The notes under the pieces were generated by a model. It did not search any database. It saw only the letters and a program-made list of their open reading frames with translations, and was not told the origin of the DNA. The position numbers and the translations under genes were made by a program. Below are positions 8,933 through 18,535 of a stretch of 64,000 nucleotides of DNA, piece after piece. This DNA is from a virus (taxonomy: Duplodnaviria; Caudoviricetes): positions 21,183 through 85,182 of the IMG/VR virus record IMGVR_UViG_3300020049_008087; one strand, written 5' to 3'. Every line of letters begins with the position of its first letter. Position 1 is the first letter of the stretch.

Positions 8933-9228
8933 GCTTCAGCTTCAATTTTTACCTGCAGTGGGAATCCCTGACTGCGAGCCTCAACTGTAACCTCAATTCC
9001 TTTTTGTTCTGCGATTTCGTAGGGTAGCACTGCTACCACGGCAGAACCATCTTCGTGAATACTCTGTGTGATGTTGCCCGCAGTATCTCCATTGTAATGG
9101 AAATGTTCAATTAAGCTGCCCACAACGAATTCCATACTGGTAAGATCGTCATTGATATAAATGACTTTGTACATGGGGGGTTCTTCAACTCGCAAGTTTG
9201 GTGTTATTGTAATTTTAGTATCTGACAT
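8929..9228 (-). CDS. clpS: Clp protease adaptor ClpS
   Basis: PPMYKVIYINDDLTSMEFVV...IHEDGSAVV...YEIAEQK...FPL. Confidence 0.92.
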   Translation of the reverse strand: MSDTKITITPNLRVEEPPMYKVIYINDDLTSMEFVVGSLIEHFHYNGDTAGNITQSIHEDGSAVVAVLPYEIAEQKGIEVTVEARSQGFPLQVKIEAEA

Positions 9229-9284
9229 TTGTTACCCTAAAAGTTATGAGGTGTGCAGCTTGATTGCCGACACCTGTTATTATA

Positions 9285-9731
9285 TTACTTAATATATGAA
9301 ATTGCAATAGATTTGGGTTTGTGATCTTCAGGGATCACTCTCTCCAAGTCTATCACCAGCATACCATCACGCATCACTGCACCCTTTACTTCAATATGTG
9401 GGCCCAATGGAAAGGTGCGTTCAAAGTTCCGAGTGCTGATGCCACGATGCAAATATTCCACATTCTCAGGCATCAGTTCTTTCTTAGCACCAGTGATAGT
9501 TAATAGATTCTTCTCAATGGTAACATCAATTTCCCCTTCTTTAAATCCGGCTACTGCCACTTCGATGCAAAAGTCGTTGTCGTCAACCTGCAGCAGGTTG
9601 TAAGGTGGATAGTTGGTTTGTTGAGCTTCTGTTGTACGTAATAGTTCATTAAGCATAGTATCAAAACCTACTCCGAATTTATGAATTGATGGAATATTTA
9701 ACGCACGTAAGGTTAGTGTTGGATTTGTCAT
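9285..9731 (-). CDS. ibpA: Small heat-shock protein (Hsp20/IbpA family)
   Basis: GFD...NYPPYNL...IEVAVAGF...YLHRGISTRNFERTF...GMLVIDLER. Confidence 0.92.
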   Translation of the reverse strand: MTNPTLTLRALNIPSIHKFGVGFDTMLNELLRTTEAQQTNYPPYNLLQVDDNDFCIEVAVAGFKEGEIDVTIEKNLLTITGAKKELMPENVEYLHRGISTRNFERTFPLGPHIEVKGAVMRDGMLVIDLERVIPEDHKPKSIAISYIK

Positions 9732-9847
9732 TTTAGTCTCCTTAAAAATAAGCGATTGACATTGATATAGACCCGACCGTTCGGCATCTATAACACTATT
9801 TATTATACTACGTTTGCGTAAAAAAGTAAATTATTTTGGGTTAAAAG

Positions 9848-9927
9848 ATAAATACAGTTGTAGTTCACGGGATTGCAGTCCCTAACTACTCTAATACTGT
9901 TAAGGAGTATCAGCAATGACTATTTAT
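9848..9927 (+). promoter_or_regulatory. Conserved structured endonuclease leader, copy B
   Basis: ATAAATA-CAGTT-GTAGTTCACGGGATTGCAGTCCCTAACTAC-TCTAA-TACTGTTAAGGAGTA-TCAGCA-ATG-AC-TATTTAT. Confidence 0.8.
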
Positions 9928-10587
9928 TCAAAAACTAATCTACCATCAGGTTTCTATGTTTATGCTTACCTACGAAAAGACGGAACCCCGTATTATATTG
10001 GCAAAGGCTCGGGTAATCGGGCTTGGAAAAAAAATCCTAAAGAATTTCTGCCGCCTAAGGATAACAACAGAATTATCATAATATACCCTGATCTTACTGA
10101 ATTATGGGCATTTTTAGTAGAACGACGACTAATTCGTTGGTACGGGCGTAAAGATAAAAACACTGGTATTTTACACAACAAGACAGACGGTGGAGAAGGT
10201 ACCTCTGGGAAAGTGGTCACTGAGAAGACCCTCAATATGTTTAGAGGAAATAATAATCCCGCAAAACGAACCGAGGTTCGTAAAAAAATCAAACAGAACC
10301 ATGCATTAAATGACCCGGCTCGGAGAGAAGTATTGTTAAATCGGGTTAGTGGAGCAAATCATTTTAGTCAACAAGAAGGGTATGAATCCAAAATAAAAGG
10401 AGTGGCCCATCCTAATTATGATCATACTATCTACACATTTATTAATAAACACACTGATGAGATCCTATATGCTACCCAACGAGAAATGTTAGTATATTTG
10501 GATAAAGAACATAGGTCCAGTAATATGAGCATGCTTATTAGCGGAAAAAGAAAGTCATTTTTCGGATGGAAGATATTTCGCAACTAA
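9916..10587 (+). CDS. Free-standing GIY-YIG homing endonuclease
   Basis: FYVYAYLR...PYYIGKG...RAW...E..LI..YGR...N.TDGGEG; inverted orientation; 3' end overlaps clpX. Confidence 0.85.
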   Translation: MTIYSKTNLPSGFYVYAYLRKDGTPYYIGKGSGNRAWKKNPKEFLPPKDNNRIIIIYPDLTELWAFLVERRLIRWYGRKDKNTGILHNKTDGGEGTSGKVVTEKTLNMFRGNNNPAKRTEVRKKIKQNHALNDPARREVLLNRVSGANHFSQQEGYESKIKGVAHPNYDHTIYTFINKHTDEILYATQREMLVYLDKEHRSSNMSMLISGKRKSFFGWKIFRN

Positions 10588-11775
10588 TAGTATTGGATTA
10601 TCTACGTGTTCTTTTTTGATTAATAACTCTATGACATTGCATTCCTTATACGTCCGGACGTGAAACATCGCCGGCATCAGTACCCGTTCAATTTCTGTGT
10701 GCAACCCACGAGCGCCTGTTTTTAGCGTAAGAGTGTTTTCCGCAAGTTGTTCCAGTGCTTCATTGGTAAAAGTCAGTTCAATATTGTCCAGCTTGAACAA
10801 GTACTGGTATTGACTGATATAGTTGTTCTTGACATTTTTCAGAACATGTACCAACTGTTCTTTGGTCAACTCTGATATGCTAACTGAAGTGGTAAATCTG
10901 CCAACGAACTCGGGTATCATACCAAACTTGGTCAGATCATCTGGCGTGAGTTTGGACAGATCGCCCTCTAGTTTGGCATTCTTTATATTAGCACCAAAGC
11001 CAATACTGGTACCACTCATGCGATTGGCGATAACATCCTTTAGTCCCACAAACGCGCCACCAGCAATGAACAGGATGTCTTTGGTATTGACTTCACTCAT
11101 TTCACTGCCAGGATGCTTTCTACCGCCTGCGGTGGACACTCGGCAAACTGTACCCTCTACCAGCTTGAGCAGGGCCTGCTGTACACCTTCTCCACTCACA
11201 TCACGTGTTATACTGGCACTCTCACCTTTACGGGCGATCTTGTCAATTTCATCAATAAAGATGATACCACGTTCAGCTTTTTGCAGATCACCACCAGCTG
11301 CGTTCACCAGCATGTTAATCATGCTTTCAACATCATCGCCCACATAACCAGCTTCAGTGAGACTGGTGGCATCGGTAACTATAAATGGCACATCCAGATA
11401 CTTGGCCACTGTTTTAGCTAACAGTGTCTTGCCTGATCCAGTAGGACCCACTATGAGTACGTTACCCTTTTGGATATCAATATCTTTAGAGGGATGAGTG
11501 ATTCGTTTATAGTGGTTGTATATTGCTACACTGAGTACAACTTTGGCATCCTCTTGTCCGATAACATGCTCATCCAAATGTGCTTTGATAGTTTCGGGAT
11601 CATGCTCGCTGGGTGGTATGCTAACAGGTTCAACTGTCTCATCTACTATTAACTCTTGGCATAGTTCTACGCAGGTACTACATATAGCAACATTGTCACC
11701 AACTATAAGTTTTTCAACTTGTTCTTTGTTGGTCCCGCAAAAACTACAGTGATTTAATCTTGTATCTTCAGTCAT
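10555..11775 (-). CDS. clpX: ATP-dependent Clp protease ATP-binding subunit ClpX
   Basis: CSFCG..C..C Zn finger, [43 protein letters not shown] loop, GARGL. Confidence 0.97.
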   Translation of the reverse strand: MTEDTRLNHCSFCGTNKEQVEKLIVGDNVAICSTCVELCQELIVDETVEPVSIPPSEHDPETIKAHLDEHVIGQEDAKVVLSVAIYNHYKRITHPSKDIDIQKGNVLIVGPTGSGKTLLAKTVAKYLDVPFIVTDATSLTEAGYVGDDVESMINMLVNAAGGDLQKAERGIIFIDEIDKIARKGESASITRDVSGEGVQQALLKLVEGTVCRVSTAGGRKHPGSEMSEVNTKDILFIAGGAFVGLKDVIANRMSGTSIGFGANIKNAKLEGDLSKLTPDDLTKFGMIPEFVGRFTTSVSISELTKEQLVHVLKNVKNNYISQYQYLFKLDNIELTFTNEALEQLAENTLTLKTGARGLHTEIERVLMPAMFHVRTYKECNVIELLIKKEHVDNPILLVAKYLPSEK

Positions 11776-11811
11776 ATATAATACTTATCTCAGTGATGGG
11801 TGCCTATTAAA

Positions 11812-12792
11812 TTAGTAGATACAGGCACTAACTGCCTTGACCTTGATGTTGGCTACCTTGGGCATTAGGCTCTGCATCCTATCGTCCATATCCAACCCAA
11901 ATGCCAGTTGCTCAGCCCAACGATTGTTCACCATTAGTCGTCCAGGGTTTTTGTCGTATACACTGGGTGTAACTGGTAGCAAACAACGGTACTCCAACAC
12001 TTTGCCTGTGATATCCGATAACTCAACTTGAAATGTCACTGATTCCCTAAACGTATTCACCACTTGCATTGGTCTTACACTGTCGTTGAAATAGTAAGTT
12101 TTAGCAGTACCCAGTATTTCGTAACCCTTGACTACATTGACTGTGATACCAAAGTTCTTGTCGCACATGGCCTTACAGTCAAAGTCTCGCACCTCATTGA
12201 GCGCACCCATTAATCCCACTAGATAATCAGGATTGAACTCATACCAGAATGGTATGTATAAAATCATTCTGCGGTTACGGTCTGCTTGAATCTCAGTTTT
12301 GCCCTGGTCAATCTTAAAAGCTTTTGTAGGGTAATCCTGCAGCACTTTGTTCAAGTATGCGTCGCCAGTGGCTCGTTCTTTTTTATAAGTAGAAACTGTG
12401 GCACTGGCTCGCTCACCGTCAAGTTTCCCTGAAGCCTCTGACACGTGCAGCACATAGTCATTAATCATGCTGGGTTTTACATACACGATAGCTTCAACTG
12501 TGTACTTGCCATTGGCTTGCGTAGTACTGGAGATAACAAAATTGTCAACATAGCCTGAGCTATGGCTGGCGATTTCTTTGGTCACCAGTTTACTGTCAAC
12601 CGTCACTCGCTTGCTGATAATGGCAGAGCCAATGCTCTGCTCTACTGCTTGTCTAAATGCCGATTCTTTTGCCTGCTCAAACGTGTTGCCATGTCCTGTT
12701 ACGTTATAGGGACCACTCGCTGTGATGCCATTGGTAGTAGCACAACCCACCATTACCAATGACAACCAAACCACCAAGATAGCGGCGCGCAT
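11812..12792 (-). CDS. Putative lipoprotein (LPP20-like N-terminal domain)
   Basis: Signal peptide with lipobox VMVG-C; G.G.T.EQAK..A...AVEQ motif. Confidence 0.65.
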   Translation of the reverse strand: MRAAILVVWLSLVMVGCATTNGITASGPYNVTGHGNTFEQAKESAFRQAVEQSIGSAIISKRVTVDSKLVTKEIASHSSGYVDNFVISSTTQANGKYTVEAIVYVKPSMINDYVLHVSEASGKLDGERASATVSTYKKERATGDAYLNKVLQDYPTKAFKIDQGKTEIQADRNRRMILYIPFWYEFNPDYLVGLMGALNEVRDFDCKAMCDKNFGITVNVVKGYEILGTAKTYYFNDSVRPMQVVNTFRESVTFQVELSDITGKVLEYRCLLPVTPSVYDKNPGRLMVNNRWAEQLAFGLDMDDRMQSLMPKVANIKVKAVSACIY

Positions 12793-13457
12793 TATCGGAA
12801 GTTCTTGCGCAGAGTTTCAACAGCCTTCTGACTGTCACGATCCCAGCGAATCACCACCTTCACCATACGACCACCTGACATGATGTCAGTATCTTTAATA
12901 AAGACACCACTCAGAATACTATTACTCTCCTCGCTGATTTTCTTGATTACTGTGCGAGTGGTTTGGTTGATATTGTCACGAATAGCAATGTTGTTCTCTC
13001 CAGCGTCTTTGTCTTTGGCCACTGGTGCTGCGGGCGCTGCTGCCTCAACGTCACTCATTACAACTACGTCATCTTCACCACCCTTGATTTTGTTTCGGGT
13101 TTTGTCATGCGCCTTCTCCACGTTCTTGCTCATGGTGTTGGTCACACGCGAGCTAGTGATGCCTTCACGCAGAAACCTGACCAACTTTGCTTTGGCATCA
13201 AGTTCTGCTGCATCAAACGCATTGTCATGCTCAAACTCGGTGTTGCCTGCAGCAGGCGCGTAGCCAGTGACTTCCACTGATTTCAGTTCACCAGTCATAG
13301 TCCAGTCGATTTTGATACCTTCTTTTCTAAAATTGGTACTAAGTCGTTGTTCTTGAATCGCTGTCACAGGTGCAGGAGTCACTGTGTTGGGACCACTAAG
13401 TGTACCGCATGCAGTCAGTGATACTGAAACCGCTAAAACTAAGTATTTTAATTTCAT
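12792..13457 (-). CDS. Putative lipoprotein (LPP20-like)
   Basis: Lipobox LTA-C; AAELDAKAKLVRF motif; TAATG-coupled to the downstream lipoprotein. Confidence 0.65.
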   Translation of the reverse strand: MKLKYLVLAVSVSLTACGTLSGPNTVTPAPVTAIQEQRLSTNFRKEGIKIDWTMTGELKSVEVTGYAPAAGNTEFEHDNAFDAAELDAKAKLVRFLREGITSSRVTNTMSKNVEKAHDKTRNKIKGGEDDVVVMSDVEAAAPAAPVAKDKDAGENNIAIRDNINQTTRTVIKKISEESNSILSGVFIKDTDIMSGGRMVKVVIRWDRDSQKAVETLRKNFR

Positions 13458-13569
13458 GATGTTCCCTATTAATTAGTGTAGAGTGATATAATACAACAAA
13501 ATGGATTTACTGTCAACCAGAATCAACATCTTTTCTTAGAAAGTTTGCTTTTTCTCTGTAAATACTGCA

Positions 13570-14139
13570 TCATTTCAGTTTATATTTGGTTTGTTTTCTT
13601 CCCGGAGTTGCATAATCACGATTGATATTACTCTTAACAGCATGACAACATTTGCATAATGTTTGTAAGTTTTCTGTACGTGAATCAAATGGATCTCCAT
13701 TGATATGGTCAACATCTAGCATCCCTTCCCATATAATAGTAGTAGTGCATTTAAATTCTAAACGACCGTCAATGTTCTCGCAGTATGATTTTCTAAACGC
13801 TAAATGTCCGGTTAGAGCACTAGAATGTTCTTTGCAGTATATAGTGTACTTTATCTTACCTGAATGATTGGTGCCAGATATCTCTACTTTTTTCTTGCAA
13901 GTAGTAACCTTACAGCAATGCAAAGTACGCCGGTCAACTAACGCAGATTTTACTTGAAAGTTGGCTCGTCGATCAGTATGACAGGGCGTACAATATTTAC
14001 GAAATTTGGGGTAGCCGTTAACGTAATATATTCCCATATGCTGCGTTTTATTGTTGCACCCTGCAGTGGTACATATGGGTCGATCTTTTAAGGGGACGGT
14101 AACTTTATCTTTATTTTTTGCACTAAGTCGGTGTGTCAT
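13570..14139 (-). CDS. HNH endonuclease with Cys-rich Zn-binding repeats
   Basis: LDVDHINGD...ENLQTLCKCCH; several CxxxxC and CxxC motifs; own TTGACA promoter. Confidence 0.8.
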   Translation of the reverse strand: MTHRLSAKNKDKVTVPLKDRPICTTAGCNNKTQHMGIYYVNGYPKFRKYCTPCHTDRRANFQVKSALVDRRTLHCCKVTTCKKKVEISGTNHSGKIKYTIYCKEHSSALTGHLAFRKSYCENIDGRLEFKCTTTIIWEGMLDVDHINGDPFDSRTENLQTLCKCCHAVKSNINRDYATPGRKQTKYKLK

Positions 14140-14200
14140 GACAGTATCCCAAAGTTAAGTTAAGAACTACATGATATCAAAGATTGGATTTATTGTCAAG

Positions 14201-14236
14201 TAAAATAGCAACTATCGTGAAATAGTTGCTATTTTA
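14201..14236. repeat. Perfect 15-bp inverted repeat (terminator-like hairpin)
   Basis: TAAAATAGCAACTAT-cgtgaa-ATAGTTGCTATTTTA, just after the stop of 14238..15995. Confidence 0.8.
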
Positions 14237-14237
14237 G

Positions 14238-15995
14238 CTAGATATGCTTGGGATTGGTGATGTATGAGGTAACAGTGTCAGTTTCACTGTCTGTTAGAAT
14301 TTCAGGGTCTATTTCCCCTGTACCAATTTTATCAACCAAGTATTGCACATACTGGTTGTTAGTCAGATAACTTTCTGAATGTTCTCTGTTCACTTCAATC
14401 CATTTGCCACCATTGAATTTGAACACGCGGTTGGGCAGTGCATCTACTCTGACAAAGATATCTCCCATGATTGCGTATTCAGGAAAGCTTGTACCAAAGC
14501 CAGTTTGTTTGTCTGCCTTGCCATCTTCCTGTAGGCCAAACAAATCTGGACGAGTTTGCTTGAGTACCTTTTCGTGCATACGCTTGCCCTCAAATTCAAC
14601 ATACTCTGAATCTTTGAGTCTGCGATATGATTCTTTGGTAACGCCTGCAATTTCAATCTCGGTATTTTCTACCACTGCTGCTATCTCATCATTGACCAAT
14701 ACTTCAATGGTTGGTGCCACTACATTGGCCAAGGGGTCATCTTCTAGTGTGCCTTCAGGACGTTCCAAAGGGAAGGGAAATGCATCTGACGTATCAGCCG
14801 AAGCCTCCGCCATTGGCATGATGCTGTCAACAGTGAGTACCTCTGAGTCACTGCTAACTGGTTCAGCCACTGGTTCGGTTGAAACAGCCACTGGCGGCAC
14901 TTCATCTAGTTCTATAATTTCTTCTACTGGATCCAACAATGCAATAGCAGCATTGGCCTCTAGTATGTCTGCCTGCTCATCATGTATTTGCTCTAACTCT
15001 GACTGAGTTCTCAGTGCATCAACAAATTGGTCATTATCAGTCACCTGTTGTTCAGGTGGTGTAACATTATCAGCTACATCACACTCTTTGTTTGGACAGA
15101 ATGGACCAATGCCAGGCGCATCCAACAGTGCAGTATTACATTTATAACAATGGCCAATATCCAACACAGTGTCTGGCAGTTGTTCAGGTTCCATAGCACC
15201 CACTGGGGTAGTTATTGGAGCACTGATTTTTTCTTTATCTTCTCTACCCCATTCAAATTGTTTATTGGCTGCAAGAATCAAACACAATGCCAGTGGATCA
15301 AACACAACCACAATCAATATGATTACCCAACGCACTGCTTTTTCTAAAACGTTTTGATCTGGATTATCGCCGTATATAAATGCAGCTATATACTTGATTG
15401 GACCAACTTCAGCCTCAACTTTTCTAAACTCTGCTGCCAGTGGAGCACGTTCTTCCTGTAACAGTACGATACTCTTTTGTGCTTTATTGATCTCAGCCTG
15501 CAAGCTGGCTCGTTCTTTGGCTTGATTCTTACGAATTTGCACTGCACGTTCTGCACCACGATCGGTGTCAGTACGACCCATCATGCCATCAACCTGAGCA
15601 TTCATTTGCTCAATTGCTTTTTTTGCACTGGCTATGTTGTCTTTTTCTGTGGCGATCTTTTCATCATAGATGGCTACCTTACTGATAGCATCACCGCTGA
15701 TCAAGCCCTGGTCACTGTTGGCTTTGCTTAAGAATCCAAAGATACCCATGCTGGTCAATATCATGAGGAACAAGATAGCAGGAACCAAGTATACTTTGAA
15801 CAGGAAACTGATACGCTTCCAGTTATTGTGTAACCAAACAGTGGCAACTACCTTGCCCAATTCTAAGCTGGCGCCCATGATGATAACAGGAATCACCGCC
15901 GCAGAAAAGATGGCAGTGAGTCCGGCTACTGAGTAGTAGGCTGCTACCATACTGAGTAGCAGAGCGGTGGATAGAATGGCTAAGGCGAATATCAT
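14238..15995 (-). CDS. Membrane protein with coiled coil and long acidic C-terminal region
   Basis: Three N-terminal TM segments, coiled coil, TM segment (IIVVVFDPLA), acidic low-complexity tail. Confidence 0.75.
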   Translation of the reverse strand: MIFALAILSTALLLSMVAAYYSVAGLTAIFSAAVIPVIIMGASLELGKVVATVWLHNNWKRISFLFKVYLVPAILFLMILTSMGIFGFLSKANSDQGLISGDAISKVAIYDEKIATEKDNIASAKKAIEQMNAQVDGMMGRTDTDRGAERAVQIRKNQAKERASLQAEINKAQKSIVLLQEERAPLAAEFRKVEAEVGPIKYIAAFIYGDNPDQNVLEKAVRWVIILIVVVFDPLALCLILAANKQFEWGREDKEKISAPITTPVGAMEPEQLPDTVLDIGHCYKCNTALLDAPGIGPFCPNKECDVADNVTPPEQQVTDNDQFVDALRTQSELEQIHDEQADILEANAAIALLDPVEEIIELDEVPPVAVSTEPVAEPVSSDSEVLTVDSIMPMAEASADTSDAFPFPLERPEGTLEDDPLANVVAPTIEVLVNDEIAAVVENTEIEIAGVTKESYRRLKDSEYVEFEGKRMHEKVLKQTRPDLFGLQEDGKADKQTGFGTSFPEYAIMGDIFVRVDALPNRVFKFNGGKWIEVNREHSESYLTNNQYVQYLVDKIGTGEIDPEILTDSETDTVTSYITNPKHI

Positions 15996-15998
15996 AAG

Positions 15999-16214
15999 CT
16001 AGTATTTATCACGTGGCTGACCGACATCAAACAGATGTCCATAAGTTGATACAAACTCATTGGCTTCCATTTGCAATTTTTTAGGTATAGAATTGGCGTG
16101 TGAAGTGGCATAGTGTACCCATTGCACACCCTCATCACGAGTCTTTACCTCTAATACAGTAATACTGATGCCATCTTCAAACAGGTATGATTTACCTTCA
16201 AGTAGTTGTTTCAT
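15999..16214 (-). CDS. Hypothetical protein
   Basis: ORF track; fills gap. Confidence 0.6.
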   Translation of the reverse strand: MKQLLEGKSYLFEDGISITVLEVKTRDEGVQWVHYATSHANSIPKKLQMEANEFVSTYGHLFDVGQPRDKY

Positions 16215-16814
16215 TTATTCAACATGGTGAACACTGTACTCACCCCATTTAACATCATATTCGCCTGCATTGTTGTCAATCGCTTGACCTGCATACTCAA
16301 TGCTGCTGACAATTTCACCGTGATCGGTTTCAGACACATGGAATTTTAGTTTGGTAAAGTCAATATCTTCTTCGGAGTCAAATGATCCCTCAAAGTAACA
16401 GCCCTTGCCACCCTGCACCCATTTGAGATAAAAGCCAGGATCCAGTACACTAATGTAGTAGTCCCGATCTCCATGGTCACTCATGCCCAGTTCATATTCT
16501 GGATCATATTCACTGATCATGTCGCCAATACTGCCGTGGTACACGATATTGCCTTCTGCATCCTTAATGACCACTAGACCATCGTCTAGGTCTGGCCCGC
16601 CCGCAAACACCACGTCATTGTATTCATTGTAATAGTCAAGCAGCTTACATTCTTCTGGAGTTCCATTCTCATCATAGTCAAATGATGACTGCAGCGCATC
16701 AGACAAATATTCCTCGAACTCATCACTGCTCCAGTAATCATATTGTGCTTGAGTGATTGTGCCAATGCCCACGTCCATGCCGCGGCTGAAAATTTCAATT
16801 GTGTATTCTTTCAC
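16215..16814 (-). CDS. Acidic hypothetical protein
   Basis: GTG start overlaps the upstream TGA; GGAGG RBS. Confidence 0.7.
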   Translation of the reverse strand: MKEYTIEIFSRGMDVGIGTITQAQYDYWSSDEFEEYLSDALQSSFDYDENGTPEECKLLDYYNEYNDVVFAGGPDLDDGLVVIKDAEGNIVYHGSIGDMISEYDPEYELGMSDHGDRDYYISVLDPGFYLKWVQGGKGCYFEGSFDSEEDIDFTKLKFHVSETDHGEIVSSIEYAGQAIDNNAGEYDVKWGEYSVHHVE

Positions 16815-17059
16815 TGTGCTGCCTCCTGTAGTGTTATTTGTGTTTTGAATCCCATGCGAGTGCAATATTCCACATAGTCATCTTTGTGTACATACCTATC
16901 CATGCCCTGTTGCCCGGTGGGTACTTGCAAGTAGTTCACTAGATTGAATCCACTGCCACTGCCCACTCTACGATGTACGCTGATGCGGCGCAGGTCGGTT
17001 AGGTGATCACGCTCTCGTACTAAAAAATATTCTGTTGGTTCATTAAGTTGATTGATCAT
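16811..17059 (-). CDS. Hypothetical protein
   Basis: ATGA overlap with the ligase stop. Confidence 0.55.
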   Translation of the reverse strand: MINQLNEPTEYFLVRERDHLTDLRRISVHRRVGSGSGFNLVNYLQVPTGQQGMDRYVHKDDYVEYCTRMGFKTQITLQEAAQ

Positions 17060-18390
17060 TTGTCATCTCTAAATCTGATAAAGCGAGGGAAACGCAAACT
17101 GTATGTGCCATCCTGATTCTGTGTTATGGCATCGCACATGACTTCTGCGGTACGACCAATTATCACATTGCTGTTGGTCCAGTATTCAGTGCGGTCCTCA
17201 TCACTGAAGCCACTGCCCACATTGACTGTGATGTGTTTACCATCATCCGTACCCTCACATAACAATGCACCCAGGCGACCCAGATTGCGTCCAGTGCCTT
17301 CGTCTACGCCAATGATGGAGAGGTCAACTGTGATAGTGGGTTTCCATTTCAACCAGTCAGTACTGCGTTTGCACACATAGGGTGCATCAATATCTTTGAT
17401 CATGATGCCTTCAAAGCCTGCATTTACATTGTCTTTGGCATAACGCTCAAGTTGATCTTTGCCCTCAGCAAAATCCAAATCAACCATCAAGTGAGGCAGC
17501 AGTTCTACGTTGGGCATACTATCAATGACAGGACGCATCTTTTCTAGGATATCAATGCGCTTGTGCAGTTGAGCATTCCAATAACCACGATTGAAATCAA
17601 CGATTGGAATAACGTCAAAGATATTGAACACGCTGTCATCGGCCTGTGTATCTGACTTACGCCGAGCTTGCCGCATGAGTTCTTGGAAACTGTTGCCAAT
17701 TACCTCACCATCTAGCACGAACCCAGCCACCAGATGCTGGCGTCCGGCGGCAATTAACTTAGTTAATTTGGATTTGATTTGTTCTTCAATGTGAGTGAAG
17801 TTCTCAAACACTTTGCCATTGCGGCTGTAACACTGCACAAATGGATAATCAGAATCAAAATCGGAACACAGTACCAGTACTCTGACACCATCCAGCTTGG
17901 GCTCCAATCGTTTCTGTCCCTTCATCTCTGGTCTGCCTTCGCAATTGGTTGCCAGTTGGCAGGCAAAGATGGGCACTTCGTAATCTGTTTTCTTACATAC
18001 TTTGTTAATTGTTTTGTCACTAATACCCGCACGAAGGTCACGTGCCAGCACAGGCTTTAAGAATAGATTCCATTCTTCACTGTCAAACCGTTCACTCATG
18101 GCAGCAATAGCATCACGGGCAGCATGACCAGTCAGGCAGCGGGTGGACAGTTGTACCATTAGATCGTTGAATTCATCCCAGGGATTCTCTGCACCAGTGA
18201 TACCCACTGTTTCCGGAATCTGTTTTACACCAAAAACCACGTAGGGGTTGTAACATGCTTTAGTGAATGATAAAAAATTGATAGCATTAATACTACCTAG
18301 GACACTTGCTTCAAGGGCTTGAAGCATCACATCTTCTTTATGTGAACGACTATTACTTTCATTTAATTTTTTTATCCACGCAGCCGACAT
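17056..18390 (-). CDS. lig: ATP-dependent DNA ligase
   Basis: EPKLDGVR (KxDG), LDGE, FNIFD, EGIMIK, WLKWK, VGSGFSD, SLRFPRF. Confidence 0.95.
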   Translation of the reverse strand: MSAAWIKKLNESNSRSHKEDVMLQALEASVLGSINAINFLSFTKACYNPYVVFGVKQIPETVGITGAENPWDEFNDLMVQLSTRCLTGHAARDAIAAMSERFDSEEWNLFLKPVLARDLRAGISDKTINKVCKKTDYEVPIFACQLATNCEGRPEMKGQKRLEPKLDGVRVLVLCSDFDSDYPFVQCYSRNGKVFENFTHIEEQIKSKLTKLIAAGRQHLVAGFVLDGEVIGNSFQELMRQARRKSDTQADDSVFNIFDVIPIVDFNRGYWNAQLHKRIDILEKMRPVIDSMPNVELLPHLMVDLDFAEGKDQLERYAKDNVNAGFEGIMIKDIDAPYVCKRSTDWLKWKPTITVDLSIIGVDEGTGRNLGRLGALLCEGTDDGKHITVNVGSGFSDEDRTEYWTNSNVIIGRTAEVMCDAITQNQDGTYSLRFPRFIRFRDDK

Positions 18391-18454
18391 ATAAATTCCT
18401 TTATTTGAATGATTATATTATAGTTGAATTTAGATTATTTGTCAACCTTTTGGC

Positions 18455-18535
18455 ATAAATAATGGTGTAGTTCGCGGCAGTGGAATGCCCAACTACTCTA
18501 AATGCTTTAAAGGAGCAATCAGCATGAATATTTAT
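18455..18535 (+). promoter_or_regulatory. Conserved structured endonuclease leader, copy C
   Basis: ATAAATA-ATGGT-GTAGTTCGCGGCAGTGGAATGCCCAACTAC-TCTAAA-TGCTTTAAAGGAGCA-ATCAGC-ATG-AA-TATTTAT. Confidence 0.8.
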
